Shown here: one piece after another, positions 13,301 to 27,800 of the stretch | Position numbering within the stretch: position 1 is the first letter of the stretch | How the letters are laid out: each line of letters begins with the position of its first letter | Assembly: GCA_051362555.1 (NCBI GenBank) | Contig: CM120641.1 | Span: forward strand, 37,826,401-37,890,400 | Length of the DNA: 64,000 nucleotides | Direction of reading: 5' to 3' | DNA from: Lingula anatina | Taxonomy: Eukaryota; Animalia; Brachiopoda | Position numbers and translations under genes: made by a program | The notes under the pieces: generated by a model | Seen by the model: only the letters and a program-made list of their open reading frames with translations | Told to the model about the DNA's origin: nothing | The model's database searches: none

Positions 13301-16300
13301 GTTCACACTAGTAACCTACATCTACTACTATGCCCTACCACACTTTCATATTCCTATTGACCCTCATGCATGTAAACTGATGCTTTCTGGTGTTAAAAAC
13401 GACCAATGCCTCTTGGTATTTTGTTGGGGAAAGTGGATTACATGTAGAAGCTTTAGCTTTAAGGAAATACTGGGAAAGCTGAGGGAAACACAACTACTAG
13501 TAAAGCTAGGCACACATTAATGAATGAAAATTATTTAACCAAATAAGTAGAAATTTCGGTGTAGCTAGCTGTTATCCTCTGTTGAGATATTGTCCATTTA
13601 CTAAAGTAAAAGGTTGACCGCCCATAAAATGTGCAACACTTACTTGATAAAATAACTTTCGTTAATTTGAAACTTATTTGTGAAAATACCTTGACATTTT
13701 CATATCCTTGACATTTATAGAATTGCTGCATGTGGTGTCACAAGTAGACCAAAAGGAGTCCTGTTCCATTTCTATGGTCATTTGGGTCTAAATGTAACTA
13801 AAGGAGCGAAAAACCAAAAAAGAGTAAAGACTGTTGTCAGTCAGATTATATAGAAGTCTTTTTTTTTACTTTAAAAGGGTTTTAGTGGCCATATTAGAAT
13901 ATTCAGACATGTCCCTATATAACAAATTGCTTAGAATCCTGTTCTGTACAATTGAGCCAATTTTCATGCTTGTAGTTTTAAGTGCATGATGAATTCACCA
14001 TACTGCTGCTGTGAGTGGCCTGTTTGTCTTATTTTTGGAGGCCATTTTGGATTTCTATACACTTAAAGAATCAAATATTGATACTTCATGCATACCATAG
14101 TCTTGTCTAACCATAAAATGTTATCTTAAGTTATTATAGGATTATATATACTTGAAGTTTTAATTTGAACGGGTATTTGTGTCGGCTATATTGGATTTGG
14201 GGGCCATATATTGAAATTTTTAGACATGCTCATACATCCAAAAGTGCTTGGAATCCTGTTTTACAACTGTACCAAATGCCATGCTTGTAGTTTTTGATGA
14301 ATTAACCACTCTGTTGGATATCTTGGATTAGTACAGTGCTTTTTACTATTGGCGGCCATTTTGGATTTAATACACCTAAAAAAGCAAATATTGATTCTGA
14401 ATTCATACCGTGGTGTTTTTTAACCTTTGTATGATATTTACGCCCTTAAAAGACTATATACTTGAAGTTTTAATTAGAAGCCGTATTTTTGGAGGCCATC
14501 TTGGATTTGAAGACCATTTTTAAATTTTCGGATATGCCCATACATTCAAACTTGCTAAGAATTTCATTTTCCACAAACCTGCCAAATTTTATGCTTGTAG
14601 TTTTAAGTGCTTGATGAATTCCCCATTCAAATGGATATCTTGAATAAATGGTCTGCTTTTTTACTTTTGGCGGCCATTTTGGATTTAATACACCTGAAGG
14701 ATTCATACCATGGTGTTTTCTAACCTTTATATGATATTTTAATTCATTAGAAGACTATGTACTTGAAGTTTTAATTTGAAAAGGTATTTTGGTGGCCATA
14801 TTGGATTTGACGGCCATTTTGGAATTTTCAGACATGCCCATATATCCAAATTTGCTTAGAATTTTATTGTCCATAAGTGTGCCAAATTTCATGCTTGTAG
14901 GTAAAAAATGCACAATTTTTCACCAATTTCCTGGACTATATAGATGTGGTGAGTATTGGTAACCCAGTTGCATTTGTAACATTGTGCTAGACTTTTACAA
15001 CTTTTCTTTGTGCAAGTTGGTTTTATTTTACTGACTTTGTATCAGTTTATTGTCCTTTTACTATTTTAGACATAAAGCTATAAAAAAGCAAGTGGCTCTT
15101 ATTTATTTGTTCTAGCTCTTTTAAAACAAATGCTGAACTCTGAGAGTGTGTGTAAACTGTACATGAAGAGTTCCTCCTACCTGGTCAGTGCTCTGCAGAA
15201 GATCTTGATTAGTAACAAGGATATACTGCAGGTGGCAGCAGTGCAGTGTGTCATTACATTAACAACAAGAGACACCACTCAGCAGTTTTCTCAACTCCTT
15301 CTTGAAGCTGATATAGCAGGTATAAAAACATTTCATTGTGCTTAAATATTCCTCATATTATGCCTTTTGTTTGTGAATTTATACCCTACAAATTGTTTGC
15401 CTCTGTATACCAAATACACAAATTGATCTGACTCAACAAAATTGCCATTGAAATTCTATGAATTTAATTTGAAATAATTAATCTGTTTTGTTGCAACTTG
15501 CAATAAAATGGTGTTACTTTACTGATAACAATATATAACATTTAATCAGTATCACTGTTTTAAATTCCAAATGCTGTTCTTCATTCCATTACAGAATATT
15601 TATTTGAGGCTCTTGCAACTACCAATGAACTTCTGATTAGCTCCATATTTTGCTGTATGTTGGTGTTGTCAGAAGTTGAAGTATTCTTCAAGAAGAACCA
15701 TGTGATATATGGTAAATAATATTGGTGCTAGTGCTAGTTTAGTTTAAAATGAATGATTAAAATGTATTAAATAAATTGTGCTCTTTAGATAAGTGGTCAG
15801 AACTTATTGTTGTTTTTGAATTAAGCCAATGTATCAGAAGGTAGGAGCATTGTGATTTGTATCAGAATTCACTTTACTGAAATCACCTGCATTGAAGGCA
15901 ATGTTTTTGTAATATTATTGTGATGGTACTGATGTAGGCATAGAATGCAAGTTTATGATTGAATTACCTTGATGATCAAACCAGAAAAAAATAATTTTAT
16001 TGTCATTTTTTTCTAGGTTTTGAACCCATTCTCACAGCTTTAGATTACACTTTTAAGATGCGGAATCCTCAAATTATTTCTCATGGAATGAGACTATTAG
16101 CTGCCATTTTAGAGAAGTAAATGCAATATATATGTTTTTTTTTTAAATTTTGAATTCTATTGATAAAGATGCCCCTATCACCTATCAAACAACATTACTT
16201 ATCATGTTACACTGCCTAAAAATGTGGTAATATTAGTAGTACAGTCTATTATAAAGTCGCTTGTGTAAGTGCTGTGAAAACAGTGTCTTCTGTCAATAAC

Positions 16301-17169
16301 CATTAACCCCATCTTATCCTCATATATGAGTTCTGCACACTTAAAGTCATAATCACTCTTTGTTTTGGCCAAAAATTGGCTTTTCCTGGAGTAAACGGCA
16401 ATTTTCCCGTACTTACCAATGGTCAATGACCCCATTCCTGCATTCAAAGTTAGTCCAGGGTTTTTTTCCTAAAGTTTGGTTTTTTGTTAAAATCTCTTCA
16501 GTCACGCTATATCGAGCGATATTTTCTGGTGACCTTCTTAAAACCGCGGGAAAAGCAGACAACAACAACAATATATAACAATAATATAAGATTCATAAGA
16601 TATATTCGTCTTATTGCTCAAAAGGCAACTATATCTACAATGTGTACAATTCTGGGCTTTTCGTTATCCGACGCACTGTACAAACACTCCCAATTTACGT
16701 CTGCCGATTGCATCGATTGCATCAGGCATTTGGCGCTATATTGTATTTTGGTCTCCAATGAACGCGAGAATCCACATGACACCCTAACGTCATTGGCAAC
16801 AGATGCCTTGACGACCGGGAAGAAAGGCATCGAAAGCCCTATTGACAAGCACAGATTTTAGTTTTACTACAATAACAGCCGTTTTAGTGGTAAAATGCAA
16901 TAGAATACATTTCCATGCGTTGTTTACAATGTATTTCTTGCGGAATTTTGAATCTCAAAGGAAGAGTTATTATTGCTTTAAAGTCTTGTTATTTGGTCAT
17001 AAGGTTCCATATTTTCCAGACACCCTGTCAATGTGAGATTGTTGACCAGTGCTGCTCTGGTGACCAAGTGTCTGTCAGTGATAACAGAAGCAGTCAAGCA
17101 TCATAACCACAGCATTATGGAAAGTGGTGCTCTGGCCTTGACATATCTAATGAGGTAATTGAGACCTTG

Positions 17170-17211
<42 letters not shown>

Positions 17212-17872
17212 CCTTTTTTCTATATCTGTGATTTTAAATTCCATTTTAAGTAGAAAATAAAATGCTTAAAGTTTGTGATAAAAATACATTCTGTTAATCC
17301 AAAATATGGTTTTAAATCAAGAAAACTTTCCTCATGTAGCCATATTAAAAAATATGTAAACTCTCTTACTGCCAACATAAGGCACCAGTTGATTGATGAA
17401 ATGACTTTCCAGGAGAGAGATCCTTCCTTCCCCAGTACCCTATGATGCTCTCATTGATCCCCTCCAGCTGTTGATGAGTAAGTCTGTAGAGTTGGAGAAA
17501 CTTTTCTGTAAGCATGGAGTCCAGGGTTTGTCCATGGTGGGAAAAGATATCAGTGGTAAATCCAAGATGGCAGAAGTTCAGTCCAAGTTGACCAGAGCTG
17601 AGAGTAGGATAGAGGGACTTGTGTGCTCTCTGGAAGCAGCTTTTATGTACGTTTTTGCTTTATTACTTTTAGCTTTATTATATTTGTTATTTGTGGAATT
17701 TGAGTGAAAGGATAGCGATAATTTTGAAATGGGATTCCAATTGTGCAATTTGCATTAATTTAAATCAATATTCTTTGTTTCAGGAATGTAGGACCTCACT
17801 TTGGGTAGCATGTTCATATTGTTTTTAAAAAATTGAATGTTCCATGGACTAATAAACCTTAATAACGTACAA

Positions 17873-17915
<43 letters not shown>

Positions 17916-20900
17916 CAGCCTTGCTGTACAGTGCAAGTCAGATCCAGCAGCCAACATGGAGTCTTTCTTGGCTCCTGGTACCCCAGTGGCTAGGTCAAGA
18001 CTGGACAACTTTGTTCACTGCCTGCTGCAAGCACTAGATGAGTGCTGTGTCCCATTGGTTCTGGTACAAATCCCTTTCTCTGGGATGTTCAATTTATTTT
18101 TCAAACTTGTAATCAAGATATAATCAAGATAAAAAATCAATCACTTAAGTTTTTTAACAAAGGTGTTTAAAAGATATAACTCATTTTATATGTAATCCTT
18201 TCTGATATGTCCATGAAACTCACTTGTGACAAAAGCATTTATTTAAAAAGTTCCATGATATTTAAACATATATTTTGTAGACTCACTATCAGCAGATCTC
18301 TAACAACCAGGTGTACATGTATACTAGTTTGTTTACATCATTGGTGTCAGTTGGTCAGCTGTGTCCACAAGAACTTGTCATCAGGTTTTACAACAAGCTG
18401 ACCTCTACTGGGGTGATCAGGATAGCCCTGCACATCAAGGCCAAGACTGAGTGAGTTATGTTTTGACCTCCCACACCTGTATGGTGTATACACCCTGGGT
18501 TTAGGGGTCTAGTTGCTTAAGTCAGGTTCTCTGGCTTAGAGCGCATTCTCAACGAATTAAGCCAGGCTTTACAAAGCCGGTGACCTAAAAATGGCGGACG
18601 TACATGAAAGAAAAACCGCCTAATCTTTTAATAGTCTCTCCGCCTCTCACACGCCTTCCCACACGTCGTCCCTGCGGGGTACAGTAATTAAATCTCGGCT
18701 CCGAACATTAATATTTCCGTGAATATCTCTGGTGATATTCATTGCTGCTCTACGGGCAAAATTATTCCTTTTTCGTCTCTGTTTTCAAAGATAATAGAAC
18801 AGAAGAGCTTTTTTCCTTCGATCGCCTTCAGCCGCCATGCTTTCTTCACCACGAGTTTAACTGATGAGCATGCGCACTTAATATTTCTCAGGTAGCTTCC
18901 GCATGGCGAACGGAGCCGAGATTTAATTACTGTACCCCGCAGGGACGACGTGTGGGGAGGCGTGTGAGACTATTAAAAGATTAGGCGGTTTTTCTTTTAT
19001 GTACGTCCGCCATTTTTAGGTCACCGGCTTTGTAAAGCCTGGCTTAATTCGTTGAGAATGCGCTCTTAGAGCTTAATTACCAAGGTTACATGGTCACATG
19101 GGCATATGTTACCCTATCAGGAGCAGTGCAACAATACTCTCATGGAAATTCTAGTCAACTAAGCCAAGGAGCTGACTTAAGTTTTTTTTTTTTTTTTTTT
19201 TTTTTGTGAAACTGGAGCCTGTGTTTTGGGTTCTAGTGGGTGTAGTTACCAGCTTAACCTTAAAGGCCTACTGTGCTCTAGGAACACATAACGTTCACTG
19301 CTTTTTCTACAGTATAAAAACTATAAATCGACGTCAAAAAATTGTTCTTTTTAAGTTTTAGAGAGAAAAGATGAGATTTAGATGAGAAAATTCTGATTGG
19401 TCAGTTTCTAGTGACGTAACCTGGGTAGTAGCTTCCCACAGCTGTACTAGTAATAGTATATCCAGTACTATGCAGTAGGTGACTAAACATCCAGGTGTCA
19501 GAAAAACAAAATGTGTTGCTCCCGGGTGCCGTAATGTAGGTTACGATTAGAAAGACATCTGCTATTATATCCTGCCTGCGGATGCCGCAAAACGTAAAAT
19601 TTGGTTCAATTCTCTGAAGTTAAAAAATCCCAGCACAGTGGTCACCGGCTTTGTAAAGCCTGTCAAAACACGCGAGGATCTGTAGCGACCACTTCGAGCC
19701 GGAATGCTTCGTACGTGACCTGCGAGCTGAATTGTGCGGTGGAAAAGCACGGAGAAAACTAAAAGATGATGCTGTACCCAGTATATTCGATTTTTCGGAG
19801 TACCAAAATGCGACAGTAAATACCAGAGCGCTGCCGACGAGAGTCTTACCTGTAGGGTGTGTGCATGATGCGGCCGTCGAAAGGAAGAAGAGAGCAGCTT
19901 CTAGAGCCCAAAAAAAGTTCGTAGCAGAATTACGTTGTCGAATTTTTTGGTTATGTTAGTGAAAACTTTAATATTAACATGAAAGTGGACTCAAATTTTT
20001 ACTCGACATACTGCTGCACTGATCACGTGTAAGGCGGAAGTAGCGAGGTAAGTTGCAGAGGTGTGAAATGTAGTGTCCGATGCTATCAGTCCGATATCTT
20101 TGGCCTTTTGTCCACTGACCTGGCTCTCCCGGAATGACACTGGTAAACTGCACGGGTGTGAAAAATAATGTTAGCTGTCACACCTGCATTATAAGGTAAC
20201 TTTCTCTTATCAGTCGGGATAAGAACGTTCAGCCGACGCGACAGATGGGCATGTGTGAAAAACTATGTTCGCTGCCCTGCTTCCAAACCTTTACTGTTAA
20301 CATAGTTTTGGTGTATTTTGTTGGTTAATAAATGATAACCACGTAGGGAATTCATCTTCTTTTGTGTATCTATCTTCAAAAGTTTGAATTTATAAATGAT
20401 CATGTAGTAATCAATTGCGTGTATCGCTTTTAGTTTGCACTGCTAGCAAGCGGATAGCTGAATCGAATATGGCTTTCTGAGCCTCGACGCAAGCGACGTC
20501 ACTCGCCTCAAAGCGCCACCACGCGGGAGTATCATAAACTAAATTCACACCTGCATAAAATCGGCTTTAAAAACTAAATAAACGTAAGAACTTTATTTTC
20601 ATTACTCAAAAATGACTTTTGGGCACCTAATGGATAGTTTTAACCCGTTTTTTCATCACAGTATACCTTTAAGCTTGTCAGATCAAACAGACTGCATTAT
20701 TATTATGCTGGTTAGAAAAGAAATCCATCATCATTCCTCTGTAACTAATGGTGTGCATAAACAAAAGCTTTTTTTTTCCGTACTTTGGTTCATAGAATGA
20801 TTCATTTTTTAAAATTAAAATGGTTATGTACATGTCTTTGTTATTATTTGTGACTAAGTTAAAAGTTAAACTTTTATAGTAATATGTTTGTATTTACTGA

Positions 20901-21846
20901 TATCAGAGGCAGCTTAATTGTGAAGTCACCGTGACAGGTTTTTACATATTTAACAATTTTTTCTACTAAAAATTATGAAATATTATGTTAATCAGTCACA
21001 TTTTGATATCTGATAGATCAACGTCTGTTAAACAAGTGATTGACAAATTCCTGTTGGAATTGTGCCAGTTTGGTTCCAGTGACCAAGATGAAGATTTCAA
21101 AAGAGAGTTGCAGCTAGGATTAACATTTCTGCAAGGTAAGTTTTGTCTTCATCAAGTTCTAAACATATGAGTAAAGGTAATGATGATTAATAACTTTTCT
21201 CAAAGTCATCAGCTTTTTTTAAATCTTAGATGGACTGCAGCATTAATGCTATGTTGACTTTTAAAATGCCTGTAATTCTTGTTGAAAATTTCTTTTAATT
21301 TTGATGCAATATTCAAAACTGTAATAGCATAATTTCAGGCAGTCTGGTGGATATTTTGACTGTATTAGACCAGCATGCAGATGGCACTGGTGTAGAGGCA
21401 GATCATGTTCATACTGCTCAGCAACATGTATTATTATACCTCCTCTACCTCAGCTATGAACATGGGGACAGGTCTGTGTTCTCTTTTATTTATTTATTTA
21501 TTTATTTACTGAAAGATGTGATTCTCAAGTTTTTATTTTACCTTAGTGATATCGCATCCTTGCATGTAATTATTTATGAAATTAATTGATTTCTGGGATT
21601 TTGAATCTGATCCAGCTTTATGTCAGTTACATTTGTTTTGTAAGGTCTACTTGCAAAATTTCACCCTTTTTACTAACTACCACTTTGTTAATTAAAGGTA
21701 TATTCCCAACACATACCTCAGCAACCTTTTCCCATGAATACCTATAATATACCTGTACTTACACTCTTAATTTCTTGGTGAGTTACTAATGTCCAGTATG
21801 AAAGAGTTTTTTTTTTTAATTGATTCCAGCTGCGTTTTCAGCTCTT

Positions 21847-21883
<37 letters not shown>

Positions 21884-24800
21884 TTATTTAGTTTTTTTTT
21901 TTTTTTTTTTTTTTTGTATCTATCTTCTGTAAAACCTTAAAACCAATCTTCCAGGTGTGTTTCCCCCAGTGTGCTGTTTGACACTCTGTGTGCTTATCTC
22001 TGTCTCCACCCAGATGTGCACCTCCTTCCCAACACTGCTCTTAAAAGCTTGGTCTTCCTTATGGCTGTTAGTATCATTGATGCATTTTAAATGAAGGCTT
22101 GTCACCCTGAGTTTCAAAGATTAATAGAAACTTGTCCATGCCACTATACAGTAATTGGGAGGTACAGTATCTGAAGGGTTGATGTACCTTTAAAGTGTAG
22201 CACTCTGAAGCTCAAGATGAGTGTGAGACAAATTTGCAGACTTTTTTGTTCAAATTTAACCATAATTTTTACTACCTGAGAGAGGCGTCATATATTTAGT
22301 CATAAGGACAAGTTTCAATATTTATACGGATAATATACTCCTTCCTAGATGTGAATTCATGTGCATGTAACTATGCACATGCATGTGCGTGTGTGTGTGT
22401 ATAGGTTTGAGTTTTAGTAAGAATTTTTTTGTTTTTCCTCTTGTTAAAAGTTTCAACTTTGTTCATACCCCTTAGGTATGCACTGGTTCCACACAGACCC
22501 ATACGAAAAAGGAACAACAACAAGGTACATTAGTGGGCTAGATTTGGTCTTAAAATGCAATTTAAGAACACAAATAGTCTTACATGATCTTAAGACATGA
22601 GTAAGACCATTTCTAGTCTGACAGCCAATTAAGTTGTCTCCCCTTACACATTCTCCTATTGTGAGCAGAGGTGTCCTCTATTGTGAGGGGAGGTATCCCC
22701 CATTGTGAGGGGAGGAAACTGCTTGACCACTTAAGTAGATGTTAGATCATTTTTGATCTTAAAAGCAGATACAGTCCATTTTAAGACTACTGCTGTAATG
22801 ATTAAGATCGTGTAAGATCACTTGTGAACTTAAATTGCATTTTAAGACCAAATCTAGCCCACTAGTGGTAGTACATTAAAGAGTTTAATATTTATTTATA
22901 TTTATTTTATTTCATTTATATTTTTTTTCACAAAAAAAAAGAAAAAGTTAATTGTGAGATTAAGACTTTCTCTAGCTCTTTAACACCTGAATGAATGATT
23001 TTTGTGGTCATTTTATAATTCACAAACTAAAAATGAATATATAGAAAGCCAAGGGGAGTACAACAGATTTAATGCTACATTACATTCCTCTTCTCTCCTA
23101 ACATTGGAGAACATTAAGTATGATTGAAATTTTCATCTACCGTTTTACAACTTTTTAAGCCAAAAGAATATGTAAAATAAAAAAAAAAAAAAATTATACA
23201 TAGGTTTGCGACTGCTGTCAGTGGGTCTGTCCAAATGTTCAAGCACATCCTCATGGCTTCTTGGCCATCCCAAGGTATTCCAGTGGTGTTTTCTCAATCC
23301 AAAGATCTCCAATATGCAGGGAAAACATGTGGTAAGTTTAATCTTTTATGGCACCTTTTTCAGTTTCAGTAGGCGTGAGTTTGCTGATGAATTATCCTTG
23401 TAAATGTAACACAAATGAAATGTGTATTGAAGTTATTATATCTGATTTATGTTCTGAAGCTTGCCTCGGTTTTTGTCTCACCCAAAACCTTTGCCATTGG
23501 GGTGGGAATATGACCTTATAAAAACTTTATACTTCAACACAGATGTATCTCCATCTAAATATGAATGAGATATCAAGTAATCTTATTTTTAAATGTCAGA
23601 AATTATTTGAAAGAATTTATTATTTTCAAAGATGGATATGTGGATTGACTATGGCATGGTGAAAATTTACATAAAAGGAAACAGTAGTGGTATCTTACTC
23701 TAGTGGCATTTAATCTCCACAGTTGAAGCAGTGGCTGAGTATCATTCCTGCCCAGATGTCTCTCTCCCCATTGGACATGAGTCAAGAATCAGGTTGGGCA
23801 GAACTGTTTACACTGGTCAAAGAAAATACTAAATGTTTACAAGCTGCATTGGTAAGTTTCTTTTCTTTTTTTTTCTTTACATTTTTATCCCATTTTTACT
23901 TAAAGATGATCTATTCACTGTATTAATTTGAAAGTTTTATGTATAGAAAATGGATTAAACTGTCAAACATTTGTTGCAATACAAAAATAACATGTATTAT
24001 CAGATAGCTTGAAATACATTGGTTCTTTTCCATTTGGTGGTTTAATTTTGTCAGTGCCTCATTTCTCAATTTCTATATGTTCGATATTTGTCATAGTGCA
24101 TTTATTTCTAAAGGACATCCTGACTGATGGGGATGAGGAAAGTGTTTCCAAAGTAACCCTTCTGTTGGGAAGAGTATTTGAAGAGGTAGGACAAATCATA
24201 TTCCATACTGTGCACTTGACACCCAATATATTGAAATCTTTGTTGATCTTGAATATATATATATATATATAAAAAATAAAGCCTCCTATATGAAATAGGC
24301 TTAACAACTTAGTGTTTCTCTTTTTGTTTGTTTTTAGGATGGCAAACAATCACCAAACCCCAAAACTGTCAGCACATTGAAACAAATGTTGTCTGATGTA
24401 GTGCACAGAATTTTCCTTGCTAAGTCTGTAAAGAAAGCAGGTGAGTCCACATGTATTTTCTGTTAATATCCCTTTATGCCCTTTCTGCTCTCAACTATTG
24501 CTCTAAACAATCTTCAATATATTACTTTTGACAAGGACAGATAATTTCTGTGTTTAACCTCATATTTTACTGGTTTATGGTGATAAAAAGATTATGGTGA
24601 TTGCAATTAAAATTCTTTACATTCACAGCCATTCAAAGTTCAACTTTCAATGAAAGGGCAATTAAATTATTTTAAATATGATATTTAGTACAATTAAAAG
24701 TTGGATATTATTAGCATATGTAAATGAAAATATGGCATGTTTTTCTAGGAAATTCTTAACTTTAGAACTGCTTTTAATCACCCCCCCTAGTGACTTCAAT

Positions 24801-27800
24801 ATAGATTTGAGACCCATTCCCATAGATTGAAATGCATTTTAAAATTTATTTTGCATTGTTATTTGATGTGAGATAATCTCCTATGTTTCAGAACACAACC
24901 TCACAGCAATGTTGGAAATTCTGCTGATTATGCAGGATCAGTTCGTCACTGGCATTAATGCAACAGACCTCAAGTTGGTGAACCAAGGTACATAAGTTTA
25001 ATATTGCAACTATTCATATGGAGTGCTTTAACACAATATGTTTTCTGTGAGCAATTCCCAGTGTGAATTTGCAGAATATTTAACAGTTCATCTTCAAGAA
25101 TTGATAAGATAGTGGTTTTTCTGTTTTCTTAGTCTGCAGTCTACTAGGGAATGACAATGAAAAGATTCCAAAACAGTTGGTTTTTATGTTTGAAGAATTC
25201 CTTTCCAATTTATTACTACAAGCAGGGAAAAGTCAGGACAACAGAGGTATTTTATGAGAAATTTGTAGGATGTAAGAGCCTGCTAGAGATAATATTTATG
25301 TTTTGTCAAACTAGTAATACAAAATTGATGCATATTGTTTTTAAAATACCAGTGCAACAATAAGATATGTTTTTAATTATCTCTTTCTTTCCCATATTTT
25401 ATATAAACAGCACTCAATTCATCAAAAATCTGTAAACTACTACACTAAAAACAAAGTTTCACTAACCTAAAGAAGATATTTTTATTGCATACTGTATTTT
25501 TTGCTGTTTCAGTTGCCACCATTATATTGACAGACAAAAGTTTCCTTTGTATTCTCCAACACCTTATTTTGTCAAATGAGGACATAGTCTCCACCAAAGC
25601 ACTGCAGCTACTGGCATTACTTGTACTCCAGCAGGCAGATTTTAGTATTCCCCATCTTGCTGTATGTTTAAGTATTTCATACATGTATAAGTGTTGTTGT
25701 TCTCTTCACCATACTAATAAGCATGGCCATTTGATTTGTTGCAGCTATTGGGCAATTAAAATGTGTTTGAAAATTAAATTTGTGTCTGTCTGGGTTCTTA
25801 TGTGCTTAGAATGTAGCTTCATTGGAACTTTATAAATCAGAAGCGGAAGCATTGCTCTCCATTGAAGGATAAAAGCTGATTGAATTATAATAATAGTACT
25901 ATGCAATTTTGCAATACTTTGCAAGTGTGTCTTTATAAGTTATATTTTAATTTTTTTTTTTTTTTCAAACATTTTGCAAACTGATTCCATGTCTGCTACA
26001 GGTTCTTGTAAGTCAGGATGATTGTCCATTACTCAGAATATATTTTACTCTCACTGAGTCTGAGTACTTAAAGTTTTTTTAGACTGACATTGCTCTACTT
26101 TACATTTTAGAAAAATCAGGTTCAACTGCAATTGGCATGGCTTCTAGAAAGAACTAAGTCCAAAGTATATCTTCAGCAGATCAGTGTTCTACAGTTCTGG
26201 GCGGTCTACTTCTCCACTCACTTTTCTGGATCGTGTGCTATAGTGGAGTTACTGGATGACACAGATCACACAGATCTTGTAGGTCGAGACAATACACAAT
26301 TGCACATAAAGACCCAGTATTTGAGGAAGTTGCTTATTTACATTCAGCAGGCTGTTTTTAAGGTAAATGTTATGTAAATGTAAATGCCACAGGTATAGAT
26401 AATATTTCATGCTGCTGCATTTCTTTGCATACATATTTTTTTTAATCTAGGGCTTTTTGTTTTAGCTTCAATGAGACGGGATTTGCATTTTGCTTTAAAT
26501 TTCCAAAACAAGTGGAAAATGGCCAATAATTATTTGTTTTTCTAGTAAGTAAATTCAGTTTTGCAAAAAATAAAGTTAGACATTTGATTTTTATCTTTGG
26601 TCCTTGATATTATATTGATTCCTTCAAATTTATTTCAGGAAAATAGGCATTTGCAGTGCGTTGCTGTTATTTGTCTTCACAACTTGCTGACACGATACTT
26701 GAAGCCACAGGTATTGAAAACAGGTAATATTTTCAGCTAATTCTATTTTAACAGCACTGTATTGCAGTATCCAATTGCAAGCCTACATTTTTTTTTAACA
26801 TGTCAGTTATCTCTTATCTGTAAATGGTATTTGTCTTCCCCAGCTTGCTATTATAATAAACAATTTGAGCAACATAACATCTTTGATTTTTTACATTTTC
26901 GAAAATTGTTGAAATGTTTTCTCATGCAGGCCACAGTCTGGTAGAGCAGCCATGGAATAGATTCATGCTGACCACACTGCTAGAAACCTTTGAAGCAAGA
27001 AAGACTCCAACCTGTGTGTTAGCAATTGTTAACTTGGTGAGTATATTAAGTATATAAAAGATGTCAGTTCGGTTGGTCAAGCATATCCTTGTAAAATTTC
27101 TTTGGGGGAAAAAAAAAAAGAAAAAAAAACACTGTGACTTTAATATATAAAGTAACCCAGATAATGTGTACACAGTATATACATCTACAAACACAAATAG
27201 GTTTTCTCTGTTTCCATTTGTCAGGCATAAGATAACTTGTAATTTTCATATTTTTGCACTTTTACTGAATTTGTTGTTCAATTCTATAAGTGTTAAGTAA
27301 GGGCACATCCAGAACAAGTTGATCTGTGGACTAACGGATCCGCGGATCAAAAATGGCGCCACCCTCTTGAAAGCGTGCCAAGATTTAATTGCTCTGCCCC
27401 TGCTGGGAATATGCATGTTGGAGGCGGGAATCCATTGTCAAATGTGCGCCATATTTGATGTGTGGACTAGTTTGTCCACGGATCAACTTAGATGTGAATG
27501 CTCTCTAATTTGCAGGTGGTCAGCCATGCTGGTGGAGAGTTAATCAAAGCAAAACAGCTTGAAAACATAGTGGCAGCATTTTTGAAAGGAGACTTGAAGC
27601 AGGACAGTTGGTGGAATGATGTTGTTGTTTTTCTTCACTATGTAAGTAGTGTTTCTGTTTACGCTTAAGGAAATTTCTTATAGGTCATGTAATATGCCCA
27701 TGCAACCAGTGCAATGGAGTTCCATGCTGATATCATCCACCTCACCACAGCCATTTTGGGAATGAAGTCTGATGATGTATTTAAGTCTGTTTGAAGGATT

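Noticed and set aside
13053-13380. Regularly spaced repeats resembling a CRISPR array
   Set aside because: Whole 107-bp units are repeated with no unique spacers, there are no cas genes, and the context is a eukaryotic intron: it is a minisatellite.
19732-19959. Stand-alone THAP-domain host gene
   Set aside because: It has an in-frame stop and a frameshift and lies within TTAA-flanked TIRs, so it is a transposon remnant.
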